From Octopus bimaculoides (taxonomy: Eukaryota): 55,056 bases of DNA. How positions within the stretch are numbered: the first letter of the stretch is position 1; every line of letters begins with the position of its first letter. Positions 1 through 11,390 of the stretch are shown piece after piece. The notes beneath the pieces are model-generated. The model was not told where the DNA came from and did no database searches. It saw only the letters and a list, made by a program, of their open reading frames with translations. The stretch covers positions 41,567,516-41,622,571 of the forward strand of contig NC_068981.1 of NCBI RefSeq assembly GCF_001194135.2, written 5' to 3'. The translations under genes and the position numbers were made by a program.

Positions 1-417
1 AACTCACTTCACATACAGACTCATACTAATGTGTACCTAAGAACTGGTATAATTGCTCACGTGTTATTGACTCTCTTTCCATCTGCTGTAATAACTCACA
101 TACACATACATGTATCACTCACATACATACTTTTCTTTGTACGACGGCCTGTCTTTGATTATGTTCTTATATGTCGCATTCACACTCTCACACAGACATA
201 CATCTTTAACGCTACAATAAATATTTCTGTTATTCATCTTATACGGTTGTGGTCTTTCATTACTGGTCATCTATGTTATCGTAGCATAACATATCATGTA
301 TATCATCTTTGATATATTATTGTGTGTTCGACCGTGTGACACGATAAATAAAAGGAGTCCTCTGTTTTTCCATTCGTCACCATATCTCCTTTTGGGGTTC
401 GCACGGTCGTCCCTACA
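1..417 (+). mobile_element. Possible 3' part of an LTR (solo or terminal), truncated by the window start
   Basis: AATAAA at 347-352, then about 65 nt ending ...GTCGTCCCTACA at 417, an LTR-like CA terminus. It abuts the start of the inverted-duplicated block. No 5' TG end is visible. Confidence 0.3.
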
Positions 418-553
418 CATCTATATACAGATTTAGTATGCTGACGTATGGATACAATTAACATTGAATGAGACGAGCCTCCGTCATCAGGGTAGAGATC
501 TTACACACTAGCGTAGCTAGAGTGTGTACCATCTGGGGTATGCCACCAGCGGA
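417..553. repeat. Left copy of a 137-bp inverted duplication (partner 5995-6131)
   Basis: Manual alignment to the reverse complement of 5995-6131 gives 7 mismatches in 137 nt with no gaps. Confidence 0.9.
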
Positions 554-1077
554 ATCATAAGTAGAATTAGTTACAAAGTAACAGTAAATAAATATTTCTT
601 TAGAACTTCGATCATTGTTCTTTGTCCATCTTGCACATCTGCAACAGCAACACTCATTACGATCGCTAACTGCCAACTCCAGCATATATATATATATATA
701 TATATANNNNNNNNNNNNNNNNNNNNNNNNNNNNNNNNNNNNNNNNNNNNNNNNNNNNNNNNNNNNNNNNNNNNNNNNNNNNNNNNNNNNNNNNNNNNNN
801 NNNNNNNNNNNNNNNNNNNNNNNNNNNNNNNNNNNNNNNNNNNNNNNNNNNNNNNNNNNNNNNNNNNNNNNNNNNNNGAACTTCATGCAGGCATGGCGTG
901 GATTTGCTCCTCGAATGCCAGATTTCACTTAACAATTCAACAGCACTTTTCTCTCAATAAAACATTATTTTTCTGTGAGTGACAGCAGTTACATTTGCCA
1001 GATGCCTTCGCTAAGCAAAATAATGTCTTTGCTACTTGACCCTTCTAACCTCTTCTAGGCCACCAAAAGCTAGAATT

Positions 1078-1250
1078 GAGATAACAAGTACCACCCACGA
1101 AATCTATTGTTCTCAGTATTATGTCTCTCATTCTGACTGGTTTTGCATGGTTGTATGAACAACAAGCAAGTGTATGAGTTTGACGCTCGGGAAAAATGAA
1201 CAAGCCTTTTACATTTCGAGCCTATGCTCTTCAATAGAAAGAAATAAGAC
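1078..1250 (+). pseudogene. Possible decayed C-terminus of a CMC/EnSpm-type transposase
   Basis: One frame reads EITSTTHEIYCSQYYVSHSDWFCMVV*TTSKCMSLTLGKNEQAFYISSLCSSIERN. It resembles from memory the KC-x(n)-Y(I/V)S-x-LPN-x2-ERD tail of animal EnSpm transposases. Short and interrupted by a stop. Confidence 0.3.
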
Positions 1251-2425
1251 GAAATAAACAGAGAGAATGAAAAAACGTGTAGAGTTCAGCAGTCCAGCAT
1301 TGCGAATGATTGGAAAAAAAAGAGGTTGAAAGGAATGAAGATAATAAAAAAAGAGATTGAATGAAAGGGAGATAATAATAGTGCTAGTGATCCCAGCAAG
1401 GGAAGGTACGCGTGCATGTGTGTGTATGCGAGAATGGTGTGTGTGTGTGTATGTGTGAATAGGGGCGAGTGACTCTGACATGTGTGTGTGTGTGTGTTGT
1501 ATGTAGCAGTTGATGTGTGCTTTTTCATGTGGTGTTTGCACATATGTGTGTGTGTTTGTGACCAAACAGTGTGCATGTGTATGGTATGTATGTGTATGTA
1601 GCCGAAAGTTATCTTTGTCTATGGTGTTTCGATGCAACTCTGAAATTTGATTACGATCAACCAAATAATTTATCTTGTAAATTAAAGAATCTGATGCTAT
1701 TTGGAATTAAAATTGGGAAATTTGGCGAATCTTAGCCAGTCAACAGATAGCAAGGCATTAACAGCTAGTTAGCATGACAACCGCACGTTGTGTGATGTTT
1801 CACTTCACCCGCATGTTGTATTGTGTTGATTCTTCACACCACGAGATTCACTTCACCCGCGTGTTTTGTTTCAATAAAAATTTATATTTATCAATTAGAA
1901 TTTTATTGTAGATATTTTTCGTCAATTGTCTTAATTTTAATCTCTTCAATTTCTGTTCGAATTGATTTCATATTCAGTGTAATAATATAGTTTTATATGC
2001 TAATCAAGGCTTAGAAATGCATTTTCGCCATAAATCAATAAATAAATAAAGAGTTAATAGCTTTTAAAATTTGCAAATTTGGAACTTTATCAAAACAAAA
2101 ATATTTTCTCCAAAATGTAAAATATTTTTGATCAAAATAAAGTGACGTCACGAACCCTACAACCAATCAGAACTTGTTCCTTGACTGTGGTGCTCACGAG
2201 TTAGCCAAAATAAAATAAGAAGTTGTAGCAAAAGTGATTTAAGGAGTAACGGTGTTCATTTTAAGTTTCGATTTTATGACTTGAAAGTTTTAGAGATTTG
2301 TTAAAAATAAATATATTTAGAATGTGCAGAAATAGGGAAAACAGATTAAATACAAGAGATATCATCAATAAAATCGTACTTTGTTATGTCTCAAGCTACT
2401 GCTATCTAGCACCTTCGGATGATCT

Positions 2426-2478
2426 CTACTCAACCGCTACACAACCGCTACACGACTGCTACTCGACTGCTACTCAAC
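2426..2478. repeat. 11-bp minisatellite, about 4.8 copies
   Basis: ctactcaaccg ctacacaaccg ctacacgactg ctactcgactg ctactcaac. Confidence 0.9.
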
Positions 2479-2779
2479 ACCCTTACCACGGCCAGACTAC
2501 CTCTATTTATGTGTCTTGGGAGATCCTACTTCTTCGCCCGGGGGCGTCGACACAACATATTTAAAACCACAGATAGGAGTATTACTTACTAACCTGGTGA
2601 ATGAGTCATTTGAATGGAAGACAAAACCATGTATGAAAAGCTATTCAGCCTATTGTTACTAGTGCATCGTTAAAATGGATTACCTTAAAGAACTAAAATA
2701 ACCTGTAAATGGGTTGTCTTAATTTTCAATTTGTGCAGACCCGAGATTTGTGACAGATTTATTGTCAAGAGCAGACTTG

Positions 2780-3125
2780 TCCAAATATCTTTTTCTCTCC
2801 TCCTTCGGCCACCATTTCTGTCTCTGGCAGTCCGAAGCCATTCTCGAGTCACCAACACAACCTCTGCTTCTGTTGCAATTTTCATAGTCTTGCGAACAGC
2901 CCCTGAAATTAATTAATCATGTTACTTGAAAGTAGTTCTTAGTGTGAGAATAACAAATGCACTCATGTACTATTCACAAAGGCAAAAATCTACTCACAAA
3001 AGTTACATAGATTTGACTCAAAGCTAGTACAACTACTTTCCCCTCAGGCTAAAACAATACTCAAAGCGAATATTGATATCATCATATGTTCAGCCCAGGG
3101 CCATTTTCAGTCCAATGACTGCAAA
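2780..3125 (-). pseudogene. Decayed two-exon DUF4806-like gene (transposon accessory ORF type)
   Basis: Upstream exon reads LG*TYDDINIRFEYCFSLRGK/frameshift/TSFESNLCNF and ends at 2998 with donor GTGAGT. Intron 2997-2903 (95 nt) ends TTTCAG. Phase-matched downstream exon reads AVRKTMKIATEAEVVLVTREWLRTARDRNGGRRRR, matching the remembered AVR..ATE.EV...WLR.A.DR.GGR motif. Confidence 0.5.
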
Positions 3126-3244
3126 TCAAAATTTTAAAAATGCAATCATTTTCAGTACTCTATGAGCAAAGGATGAAATATATGCTCAAATGTAAAGCAA
3201 AATATAGAATAATAACCTTTTTGTCAAACATCAAAAACAATTAA

Positions 3245-3727
3245 CAGGGTTCCTGCGGGTTTTTTAAAAGAAAATTCCAGGTTTTTTAAGCGTATTTTCA
3301 AGCTAGATTCAAGGACCATCATGATCACTCCACAAAAAATTTAAGGGTTTCCAAGGACATTCTTCTGATAAAACAAAACTATTTACACTACTTAGGTTCT
3401 CAAATCATAGTTTAAATATTGCCCAATCTATTTCCTCAAGTTGTTGACTAATGTGTAGCAATGTTTCCACACCAGTGTTGGCTGGCTGTACAGGCAACCA
3501 ACACTGACGTGGAAACATTGCAAATATGAATTCAGACTATTGGTTTAAGTAGGACATTTTCCTTCTGTAGTTCGATGAGCGGACTGAAAATAAAACTTTT
3601 GAATAAAAATCCAGGGTTTTCAAGGATTTCTGTGTGTCTGAATAATTTTCAAGGGTCTGCTAAGCTTGGAATTTTACTGTTGAAATTCAAGGGTAAGCAA
3701 GGAATTCAAGGAACCGCGGGAACCCTG
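3245..3727. mobile_element. 483-bp non-autonomous DNA transposon (MITE) with 5-bp TSD, hAT5-like
   Basis: Terminal inverted repeats (TIRs) CAGGGTTCCTGCGG (3245) and CCGCGGGAACCCTG (to 3727); ATTAA directly flanks both ends; repeated subterminal TTTTCAAGG/TTCAAGG motifs. Confidence 0.75.
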
Positions 3728-5889
3728 ATTAAGACATTGGTAAGGCCTGCAGTACGATTTTCATTTTTAGGGTTATGTGTGGACACAGGCCACCCTGCAT
3801 GCGGATCTGCCAGCAGTTATCCTCACATATAGAACATTCAGTGTCTCAACATAGTGGTTAATCACAACATTCTGAAAGCCAAACTAGCATATGTCCATTT
3901 TTCAAAGATAATTCTCACATTTTTTCAACAATACCATACAAATACGGATATCATAAGAAGTAGCTTGATGAGCCAGTTTTAAAAATATCTATATCTGTGT
4001 GGTTTTACTGAGAGAGTCCCAAGAAATTTCAAGCTGTAGTAGTCTTTTACTGGTTTATTTTTTGGCCGTTTTGATCGATGATTTAGGTAAATGGTTAACA
4101 TAGATTTGTGCTCTTTCAAAAAGATATAATAGAAAAATTGCGCATTTCACCTCCAGAATGCATAAACCCCATAACATTAATGTCAATACAACTGCTTTGT
4201 TAACTGGTTGAGTGATGGAAGCAACAGTTGTGGTTTTGAAGAAAAGTGGATTATCAGCATGGTATCAGCATCAACAAAAGATCACAATTTTGCTGATATA
4301 TGATTGGCAGACCAGCCTAACTATGAAGTTGCATAATTCATACTTCCTCATTCACTCGCCACTTCATTATAAGTGGTGATCTCGAGCTAAAAACATCTCT
4401 GTTATAAAGTCATCTAAAATTGGATCCTTTTCTATAAAAATATACATATACTAAAAGATTTGAACCCGAAACTCTTCCAACTCCAAAATACTGTGAAGGT
4501 GAAGAAACCACTGAGACTGAATTGAAAAAAAACTACACGCACCACGACAGAAATCGTAAAAAAAAAATTATTTCTTTTTCTCTCCACCTTTTCCTCTTTC
4601 TTTTCTTATTAAAAAAAAAAAACTCAACATAACTGAACTTTCTATAATGTACATTTGTTATAATCTTAACTGAACATTTACATTGATATTACTATCTACC
4701 CCTGTGAAGCTCATTGAAATTTCTGTGAACATTTGATGGTTTAAACATGTTTGTGCAATTTTTACCTTGTAACTTTAAACTCTCTTAAAGGTTTATATAT
4801 ATATATATATNNNNNNNNNNNNNNNNNNNNNNNNNNNNNNNNNNNNNNNNNNNNNNNNNNNNNNNNNNNNNNNNNNNNNNNNNNNNNNNNNNNNNNNNNN
4901 NNNNNNNNNNNNNNNNNNNNNNNNNNNNNNNNNNNNNNNNNNNNNNNNNNNNNNNNNNNNNNNNNNNNNNNNNNNNNNNNNNNNNNNNNNNNNNNNNNNN
5001 NNNNNNNNNNNNNNNNNNNNNNNNNNNNNNNNNNNNNNNNNNNNNNNNNNNNNNNNNNNNNNNNNNNNNNNNNNNNNNNNNNNNNNNNNNNNNNNNNNNN
5101 NNNNNNNNNNNNNNNNNNNNNNNNNNNNNNNNNNNNNNNNNNNNNNNNNNNNNNNNNNNNNNNNNNNNNNNNNNNNNNNNNNNNNNNNNNNNNNNNNNNN
5201 NNNNNNNNNNNNNNNNNNNNNNNNNNNNNNNNNNNNNNNNNNNNNNNNNNNNNNNNNNNNNNNNNNNNNNNNNNNNNNNNNNNNNNNNNNNNNNNNNNNN
5301 NNNNNNNNNNNNNNNNNNNNNNNNNNNNNNNNNNNNNNNNNNNNNNNNNNNNNNNNNNNNNNNNNNNNNNNNNNNNNNNNNNNNNNNNNNNNNNNNNNNN
5401 NNNNNNNNNNNNNNNNNNNNNNNNNNNNNNNNNNNNNNNNNNNNNNNNNNNNNNNNNNNNNNNNNNNNNNNNNNNNNNNNNNNNNNNNNNNNNNNNNNNN
5501 NNNNNNNNNNNNNNNNNNNNNNNNNNNNNNNNNNNNNNNNNNNNNNNNNNNNNNNNNNNNNNNNNNNNNNNNNNNNNNNNNNNNNNNNNNNNNNNNNNNN
5601 NNNNNNNNNNNNNNNNNNNNNNNNNNNNNNNNNNNNNNNNNNNNNNNNNNNNNNNNNNNNNNNNNNNNNNNNNNNNNNNNNNNNNNNNNNNNNNNNNNNN
5701 NNNNNNNNNNNNNNNNNNNNNNNNNNNNNNNNNNNTATATATATATATATATATGTTTGTACCATTGATCAAGTAAATGTGTGTGTGTGTGTACATACAT
5801 GTTCAAATCCTACCCCTGATACAGCTAGCTCTCCACATTTAACCATTCCATCTTCGAACTTCTCTGCATTAAGATCTCAAATGTAAGAT

Positions 5890-6042
5890 CACTAACATAG
5901 CTGGTGGGGTGATGTGCGGTGGGCCACGGTAGGGGCGGTCCACCCCGGGCGGCACATTTGGGTCTTCCGTAGGCAATATGTGTTTTCTGTGGAGTCCGGT
6001 GGTGGCACACGCCAGATGGTACACACTCTAGCTACGCTAGCG
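5890..6042. mobile_element. 153-bp hAT-type MITE with perfect 8-bp TSD
   Basis: TGTAAGAT at 5882-5889 and 6043-6050; imperfect TIRs CACTAACATAGCTGG ... CTAGCTACGCTAGCG. A sister copy lies at 39404-39540. Confidence 0.85.
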
Positions 6043-6131
6043 TGTAAGATCTCTACCCTGATGACGGAGGCTCGTCTCATCCAATGTTAATTGCATCCAT
6101 ACGTCAGCATACTGAATCTGTATATAGATGT
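5995..6131. repeat. Right copy of the 137-bp inverted duplication (partner 417-553)
   Basis: Contains the MITE right end, its TSD and about 80 bp of flank, all shared in inverted orientation with 417-553. Confidence 0.9.
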
Positions 6132-6562
6132 AACCATCTCACCTACCACACTTATTTAACTATCTCTCTGTGACAATAATACACAACTGCGTATCTGCAG
6201 TTCTGAACACTTAAGTTATAAGGTTTAAATTAAATAATTGATGCCATTAGCACTTATAATCCCAAGTAATACAACTAGCATAAAATATTGCAGAGTTTTG
6301 TCAAATTGAACCATTTATGTCATGGTATTTATTATAAATAATTCTTGTCATTAACGACCAGAATTTTCCCTCTTTACTCAGTGACAATTCTGAATTCAAT
6401 GCCAGTATTTTCAGGCACTTTACTGGCTGACTGTACTTTATACTTCTATATATAATAATTTTTTTTTTTTTCCTTATTATTCAACTGATATACTTCAGTT
6501 CTCTTTTTACCCTTTCACTTGTGAACATTTATTAAATGATCATTCAAGTTATATGATCAAAT

Positions 6563-6672
6563 CAACTGGTTATGCATTCAACCCTCAAAGGATGGAAGGC
6601 AAAGTCAACCTAGGTAGAATTTGAACTCAGAATGTAAAGCATTTTGCCCAGTGTGCTAATGATTTTGTCAGT
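6563..6672 (-). mobile_element. tRNA-derived SINE family A, degenerate fragment
   Basis: ggatggaaggcaaagtcaacctaggtagaatttgaactcagaa matches the family core at 42600-42785. Confidence 0.7.
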
Positions 6673-7639
6673 TTGTAGTCTTATGGTTACACATTATATT
6701 AACATATAACTGACTGAGTATCCCACAGCACACATGTACCCACAACGTAATCCATAAGTAGAATCAGTACAAACCAGTGTGACATGGCTAGGCCTTTTAA
6801 TTACAAGTCCAGGATCTAATTATAGTATAATTTGGCTGAGTATTCCATAAATATATGTAGCCTTAATGTAATTCTGGGACAGAATCAGCGTGACGCATGA
6901 TGGGCATAGCCAGCGTTTCAACTGAATGTTTCTCAACTATTAAGAAAAGTATACCATTCGCTGAATAAACTGTGGAAAACCACATCAAAATTAAACTAAA
7001 TATCAAATTAATAATTCTATTGACAGGGAGCTGTGGGTCACAGGTTTCTGCATTTCCCTTTATTGGTTACATATTTGGTGCGAGACAAGGTTGGCTCGGT
7101 CATTTTACAGATACTAAACTATAAATTTCCCAGAGTACAACCTTAAAGTTGACATCGCTACAATGCAGACAATTTCTGTCTCACTACTTTACTCTGCATG
7201 AAAAATTAAAACTTTATAGATATATTGCTTTCTCCACAGTCTTCTTCTACAAAATTTGTGTTCAAAACAAATATGTGTTAATGATGTACCTTAAAGGTGG
7301 ACCACCAGGTCCACCCTTAAAAAAAATTAATATAAACCAGCCCTCACTAGTAATAAATAGAGACTGCTCTACTTCCCTTTTACTACTGTCAACCTTATCA
7401 TCTTTGCACATCTGTACCCAACCATTTTTCTCCCAACGTTTCATAAGTTTGACAACCCTGCCTGCCTCATTTGCAAAAACCTCAATAAATACCTCAACNN
7501 NNNNNNNNNNNNNNNNNNNNNNNNNNNNNNNNNNNNNNNNNNNNNNNNNNNNNNNNNNNNNNNNNNNNNNNNNNNNNNNNNNNNNNNNNNNNNNNNNNGA
7601 TTCATCTACCTCTCAGTGTCGATGACACACACAACATTT

Positions 7640-7900
7640 TTATCTTTTGTTTCAGTCATTAAACTGCTTATGCAGTGGGCACTGCCTCGAAGAATTTTAG
7701 TCGAACAAATAAATTTGCTACTTATTCTGTCAAACACTTTTGCTGAATAGCTAAGTTACGGGGGGCGTAAACAAACCAATGCCGGTGGAGGACAAACACA
7801 ATTCAAACACCAAGACACACACCCTGATATATACACACTGGACACTTTCCCAGACTGAACTCGAGACCACCTGGTTGGGAAGCTATCCTTTACACCGTCG
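7640..7900 (-). mobile_element. SINE family B, partial copy
   Basis: gctaagttacgggggcgtaaacaaacc...ggacaaacac matches 49310-49380. Confidence 0.65.
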
Positions 7901-9018
7901 CGCCTGCATACAGAGACACAAACACACACTCGCGCGCCTGACCTATAAAATTTAGGTTCAAGATGTACATTGATCTAGGGCTCAGCGAGCCATAGAGGAT
8001 CCGTGAATATTTGCTGGGAACACCTTCCTAAAAAAAAAAAACACCTCGGAGTTCTCTTGAACTGTGAAAGGACATCATCCGGGATGTGGGCGAATGTCGT
8101 TTTTTTCTGCTTTACAAAATTTATTTTAGAGGCCTTGTACACACACTACACATTCACACACACACTACACACACTTGCGCACAGACACACTTGAAATATC
8201 TTATCATACTAACACATTCCGATGAAAAGATCCAGCAGGCGCAACATGGACTAATATTCGACTGATAACTAATTTTCTCCGTTACCGATAATCGCAGGTT
8301 AACCTCGAAATTATTGTTATATTTGTAGAGAATGTATCTTCTGTTATCAGTTGCTGCAATACGGTACGTTGGAATAAGTTTAACTTTGCTAAATGTCATG
8401 AATTAAAACGTCATCCGATAGTATCGGCATTTACCTGTATACATATATAAATACTCACATGCACAGTATATATATATTGTGTGTACAATAGATAACACCA
8501 CCTTAGATATTTTCAATTGCCAAACATAATAAACAACCTTTATCGTTGTTGTTGATGGTGATATATAAAAATAAGATCGCCAAATATTTTATTGTCGTTT
8601 TCTTCTAATCTTAGATTGAAAACATAAACATAAACACCGTATGTTTTCGTTTTTGTTTACTTTTCTCTGCAGGTAGTTCTACAGTTGGGGTTCGGAATAT
8701 CATTTGATTGCATTTTTTAAAAAGCCCTGATTTGTTGACTGATCTACACGTTATCGAAAATTCATTCCGATTGTCGATTATTAGTGAACCGTCATCGATA
8801 TCTTGAACGGAATCGAATTAAATTAATTTTTTAGAGGGGTGTAAGAGAAAAAAAAATGAGAAGCTTTTAGTACAATAATTTTAACATGATGTGTTCCTGT
8901 TTCTTGTTTGAATCGTACTGGATATAAGGCGTTGCGTCCGAAGATAAACTAGATCTGTTTCGTAACTGGCTACAGTTGTTTGTTCGCTCAGGTCAGCCAT
9001 GATCTTGTGGATCTGTGG

Positions 9019-9080
9019 TCAAAAGCGTTCTAGCCGTGGCCATCCCAGTTTTTCTGGGACTGCATTATCTAATGTCTTTC
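9019..9080 (-). CDS. Candidate terminal exon of an unidentified small protein (GKTLDNAVPEKLGWPRLERF*)
   Basis: Acceptor TAG ends at 9081; phase 1 matches the candidate exon 9258-9401; stop TGA at 9021-9019. No homology recognised. Confidence 0.25.
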
Positions 9081-9257
9081 CTATTTTTTAAGACAAAGAA
9101 TGCTTAGGAAACGATTTGGCTGCTATTTCTAACAGTTCGTGTGACCACATTGAGACTCATTTGGCTATAGTTTGTGCAGCTACGGGAAGATATTGTTTTG
9201 ACCTATTATGTCTTGTCTTCCATTGGTTCATGAACTTAAGAACTCTTTACTACTCAC

Positions 9258-9401
9258 CCAAACCTATGTATCTTCTCACTGCATCGTTATGCTTCACATT
9301 ATTTCTGAATTCGTCTTCCCTAAAACTGTCCAACGCTGGAAGTACAAACTTAGAATAATTGAACCTGGGTACTAATTTTTTTCTAACCTCACTCAGTTTT
9401 T
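9258..9401 (-). CDS. Candidate internal exon (KLSEVRKKLVPRFNYSKFVLPALDSFREDEFRNNVKHNDAVRRYIGL)
   Basis: 144-nt symmetric phase 1-1 open frame, TAG acceptor and strong GTGAGT donor at 9257. No homology recognised. Confidence 0.3.
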
Positions 9402-9573
9402 CTACTTGTAGAAGTCATAAAAAGGTTCTCGGGTTGTCAAACTAAAACAGATCCTTAGTTGTAATTAATTGGAGTGGATAAAATACAACTATATGCCCCA
9501 TTGTTGGTATTGGCGAAAAGAAGAAAAAAAACTAATGAAAATTATTTTTACGTGATAATAAATCAAGTCAACA

Positions 9574-9695
9574 GCAGAATTGTTAGACTCGGACAAAATT
9601 CTTTGTGGTAATTAGTTAATGTTTCTACTACGCTCTGAGTTCAAACCCTACCAAAGTTAAATTAATCTTTTATTCTTTTAGGTTCGTTAAAATAA
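9574..9695 (+). mobile_element. SINE family A, degenerate 5' part
   Basis: gcagaattgttag...ctgagttcaaaccctacc: A- and B-box-like head of the family. Confidence 0.55.
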
Positions 9696-9698
9696 AGG

Positions 9699-10192
9699 GT
9701 AAATTTTGGGAAGTACACCCGCACGTGTCTCACTAAGGAAAAAAACAAAAAAACTTTGGATTTTTTGAGAGGAATCAAATACCCTGACTTCCTAATGTGC
9801 CGCAAACCCCTTATTACATATTAATTTACATAGTACCAACTAGTAAATATATATTTAATAACGAACCATGTAATCCACATTGTCGAAAACGTATTTCTGT
9901 AAAATGTTGAGGGTGGGAAGTAAAATTTCCGAGGATTCCACCCCCTCCCATTTTCCGGACCCAAAAAAGTGTTTTATGACATATTATGAGGCCACCGTAA
10001 TTCATTCAACGAAAAAAAAAATTACAATGATTCTGGGAGGGGAGGACAGTTTGCCACCCAACCTTTTTTCCAAACAAAAATAAGGGGCTTGCGACACATT
10101 AGGACATCAGGGCACTTGATTCCATGCAAAAAATCCGAGGTTTTTTTTTTTCTTAGTGAAACGCGTGTGGGTGTGTACTTCCCAAAATTTAC
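9699..10192. mobile_element. About 495-bp MITE with about 115-bp imperfect TIRs
   Basis: 9699-9815 (gtaaattttgggaagtacacccgcacgtgtctcactaag...ccgcaaaccccttatt) is the reverse complement of about 10079-10192. No clear TSD. Confidence 0.8.
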
Positions 10193-10629
10193 TAAATAAA
10201 GTTCTAGTCAAATACAATGATAGATTTAATTGACTGTACCTTCTCTCAAAATGTTTGACATTATGACAATGTTAGAAATTAGTAAATTAAGTCAATGGGT
10301 GGTACTTCAACATAGATTCAACCATCTCGCTGTTGCAGTGAGGTCCTCCTCTATATTCTCCTATATTTAAGATGGGTTTTCACATGGCTAAAATATTGTA
10401 AACCATAAGGAGACTAGTCAGGTGAGTTGTCTTAATCACATGGCTGGTAGGTACTTGAGGTAGTCAAGGCTAAAAATCTTCAAGTTGTCTTTCTGTTTGT
10501 GAACTTCTCAAAAGCTTTTGACTGGGTACACTGAAGCAAAATGAACTTCAAGAAGTAGCAGCAGTTGTAATGATACTTTACAAGAGCTAAACTACAATCA
10601 CCTAATTAAGACACACCAACTTCTTTGGC

Positions 10630-11390
10630 ATCAGTGCAGATAGATGCCTAGCAAAGTGATATGCTTTCATTGTTCCTTATCATATGCCAGGACTATGTCC
10701 TTCATATTTTAATTGACAAAATTAAAAAACTCTGCTTCACTCTAACAAAGTTCACCCTCCTTCTTATCACTCAACCACAATGCAAAGTATGCTGATGATA
10801 TTGCTCTCTGTAAAGACATCTTCTGCATGACCTTAAAAAAGCAGCCGATTTGGGTTTGTATGTCAATTCTACAGAGACTGTATATGTCTGCTACCATCAG
10901 GAAGGCTTAATAGGGAGAATTACATAAATGTAGGCTTCTTTGTATATTTAGGAAATAATATCACATCCCTAATTCATCTCTGCAAAAGCATGGGCTGTTT
11001 TTGATGGCCCTAGTATCATTTGGAAGTCATTTGTTACCTGATGATCTTAAGAGAAGGTTCTGAACAGTGATGGAATCATCTATTGTATGGGTCCACTGCT
11101 TGGACATTTACTAAATATCTGACAGCAAGGCTTACACCTGCCGTTGTAAATATCTCCTGGTAAAAATATCCTGCCAAACAAAGACTGTTTAGCAGTCCTT
11201 TCACAATCATTGATGTCTTTGGATAGAGTTGTATACAATTTGCTGGAGAGATGTATGCTGAGCAAGGACCCATTAGTGACATACTGCTTTGGACATCTTG
11301 ATATGATAAACATGATTCAGTCACTCACAAAAACCTTCATGAACTAGCACTGTACTAACATGACCTCTTCAATGCTATGAAGGATTATTA
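10630..11390 (+). mobile_element. Highly decayed LINE reverse transcriptase region (RTE-like)
   Basis: aagtatgctgatgatattgctctc = KYADDIAL (RT YADD motif) near 10785, preceded by a degenerate QGD...LFII..DYVL-like segment; many stops. Confidence 0.55.

Noticed and set aside
458-982. Long ORFs spanning N-runs (also 4751-5806, 7149-7625, 36140-36680, 42871-43145)
   Set aside because: They stay open only because N codons are not stops; flanks are largely (TA)n microsatellite or repeat sequence.
1209-1664. 151-aa His/Thr-rich ORF and similar HT/YI/CV-rich ORFs
   Set aside because: Translations of (CA)n/(TG)n/(TA)n microsatellites.
6058-6090. CTGATGA followed by a small stem, a possible hammerhead core
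   Set aside because: No GAAA after stem II and no stem III/UH arrangement in either duplicated copy.
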